This document shows positions 61,783 to 64,000 of a DNA stretch of 64,000 nt, piece after piece. The notes beneath the pieces are model-generated. The model was not told the DNA's origin. It saw nothing but the letters and a program-made list of their open reading frames with translations, and did not search any database. The DNA is from Tubulanus polymorphus (Eukaryota > Animalia > Nemertea). Position 1 is the stretch's first letter, and every line of letters begins with the position of its first letter. A program made the translations under genes and the position numbers. Location: contig NC_134025.1 of assembly GCF_964204645.1 (NCBI RefSeq), positions 17,707,101-17,771,100 of the forward strand, in the 5' to 3' direction.

Positions 61783-63163
61783 AAACTAGGGGTCCAGGGA
61801 CACAATGTCCACTTGGGACGTGGTTTCAAATGCTCAACAGTCTAACAATTTCAATACATAATGCCCCCTAGTAACCATATACAAAAACCAATGACCTTGA
61901 AACCCACCACAATCATAGAACATGTCAGCAGCTATGATTTTGTAATTGATTGTGACAAAAAAATATGCCTCGTTACCAATTTAATATGGAAATACTAAGT
62001 TATTCTACTATGCAAAACCCAATGACCTTAAAACTCACCACAATCGTAGTACATGTCATGAAATACAACTTTGCAATTGACCATGGTAACAAAATATGCC
62101 TAGGTACCAATCTAATAAGGAAATACTAAGCTATTCTACTATTCAACGCCCCCTGGTGACTATATGGAATAACTCATGTCCTTAAAAACTCACCACAATC
62201 ATAAACAATGTCATGAACTACAACTTTGCATTTGATCATGGTAACAAAATATGCCTAGGTACCAATCTAATAAGGAAATACTAAGTTATTCTACTATTCA
62301 ACGCCCCCTGGTAACCATATAGAATAACTAATGTCCTTAAAACTCACCAAAATTATGGAAGATGTCTTGAGCTACAACTTTGCAATTGATTGTGGTAACA
62401 AAATATGCATAGGTACAAATATTATATAGAAATACTAAGTTATTGCATTATTCAACGCCCCCTGGTGGTCACATACAAAAACCAATGACCTTGAAACTCA
62501 CCAAAATCATAGAACACGTTATGGGCTACAACTTTCCGATTGAATATAGTAACACAATATGCTTAGGTATGAATATAATGTGGAAAAACATTTTTCCACC
62601 TACAAATGAGTAATGATGACACCAAGATGGCCGCCAATTGTGTCATAATTGGCTGATCAAAAATACATGTCTCAGGTATAAAACATCCCTTCCCAAAGAA
62701 TACCCATCACAATGAGAAATGGCAAACCAGTAGGAAGCTATAGGAGTCAGAATTTGGCCCAAAATTGGGCACTAAAACGGTCATAGGACGGCCATCTTGA
62801 GTCCGATCGACACAATTTTTCTTATGTTGATGGACCCTTGGGAGGTACAAATATACACAAACAATCAAGGTAATTGATCAAAGCATCTTCAAAATATCCC
62901 TCGAAAACTTTGAAAATGTGTAAAAAGTGCTGATTTTGGCGAACAACAATGGCTGCCAGTCGGCCATCTTGAATCTGGCAGGGCCAGTTTTGGGGCTGAA
63001 GATGTGTCTAGGGTAGATACATGTATAAATCAAATATCAAGACATAACCTTGAACCGTCTTCAAAACTTCCCAAAATAACTGGATTCCGTCTACGGACGG
63101 ACAGACGATGGATGATAACTGAACGCAATAGCCCGCTGGGACTAAAGTCCCAAGTGGGCTAAA
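61783..63163 (+). mobile_element. HINE family B, complete copy with ~5 tandem units
   Basis: Same 5' end, subterminal IR, ~153-bp units and 3' hairpin as 23015-24109. Confidence 0.87.
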
Positions 63164-63656
63164 AATTTTGCATAATACCTGATACAATGAAGCTCTGTTA
63201 CCCAATAATCATGGTTTTCCACTAAAGAAATCAGAGATGTAAGACTTCCGTTTTTTGACAGATTTCCGTTTTTTTTTTTTCATTTTCCTGGTAAAAAAAC
63301 ACAGTGAAATTGCATCTGAGAGCACTAACAATTTGAAAAATTTCCCAATTTTTCAGGATATCAACTATTTTCCTTTTTTTTTCTTTTGGCCACTTACATC
63401 TCTGATAAATCAACAAAAAACGCTTCTCACGTCAACGTCACTCAAGTGTTCCTACAATTTCAAAAGAATTTTGCGGGCTTTAGACATTGATGGAATAAAT
63501 CAAAATCAAAATTCCATCAACATCAGACCCAACATTGCCATACTTAACTGAGTTCGTACACTACATTAGATCATATTTGGCAAAAAAGAAGAAATTCACT
63601 TACCCACTTCACGTCAAAATGGCGTGTATTCCTTGTTAATCTAAACTGATTGTTTG

Positions 63657-64000
63657 CAGGGATGAGAACCAGGGATTATGAAAAAAGCGGGACTTTTGAT
63701 GAAAATTTCTGTTAATTACTAAAATTGCAGCTAAATTGCAACATAGGCACTAAGCTCAAAGTGGGGGTTCCCAGCATGATTTCCTCAACAGCCCTGTGTT
63801 AATTCTAGATGGCAGCACGAACTGGTCATTTTTTCACAGTAGTTTATATTGGCAATACCAGATGGCAGCACATAATGAAAATCTTTCGGCGAAGTACAGT
63901 CGCATGCTTAAATACTCGTGAGCCGAAACATAATACATAATGCCAGACACAGCAAACCTTCCACCCCCCCCCCCCCATCAATTTTTCAACGGATCTGGAC
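63657..64000. mobile_element. Left end of a hAT-like element related to 4409-5143
   Basis: Identical 12-bp terminus CAGGGATGAGAA. The right end is not clearly seen. Confidence 0.35.

Overview
This is AT-rich, repeat-dense eukaryotic DNA, probably from an invertebrate (the repeat types suggest a marine spiralian, but I cannot identify the taxon). I find no prokaryotic genes, rRNA, tRNA genes or CRISPR arrays. The window is almost entirely nested mobile DNA. It holds a near full-length DIRS1 tyrosine-recombinase retrotransposon (49.4-55.2 kb) and two Penelope-like retroelements plus solo tails, which together carry five hammerhead-ribozyme-like motifs. There are decayed Academ, L2-like LINE, BEL/Pao, Tc1/IS630-like and hAT coding remnants, many Helentron-type non-autonomous elements (HINEs) with internal tandem arrays, and MITEs of piggyBac, pogo, Harbinger, hAT and P type. 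The most striking item is missed by the ORF track: a 2.1-kb element at 58156-60303 with 33-bp TIRs and a 7-bp TSD. It contains the 5' ends of two convergent, intron-containing genes. One starts with a RAG1/Chapaev-like CRxCG...CxxC zinc finger; the other is a 3-exon orphan. A few isolated candidate exons (26.5-30.8 kb, 56.4 kb) may belong to host or domesticated genes. All calls come from manual reading; no searches were run.
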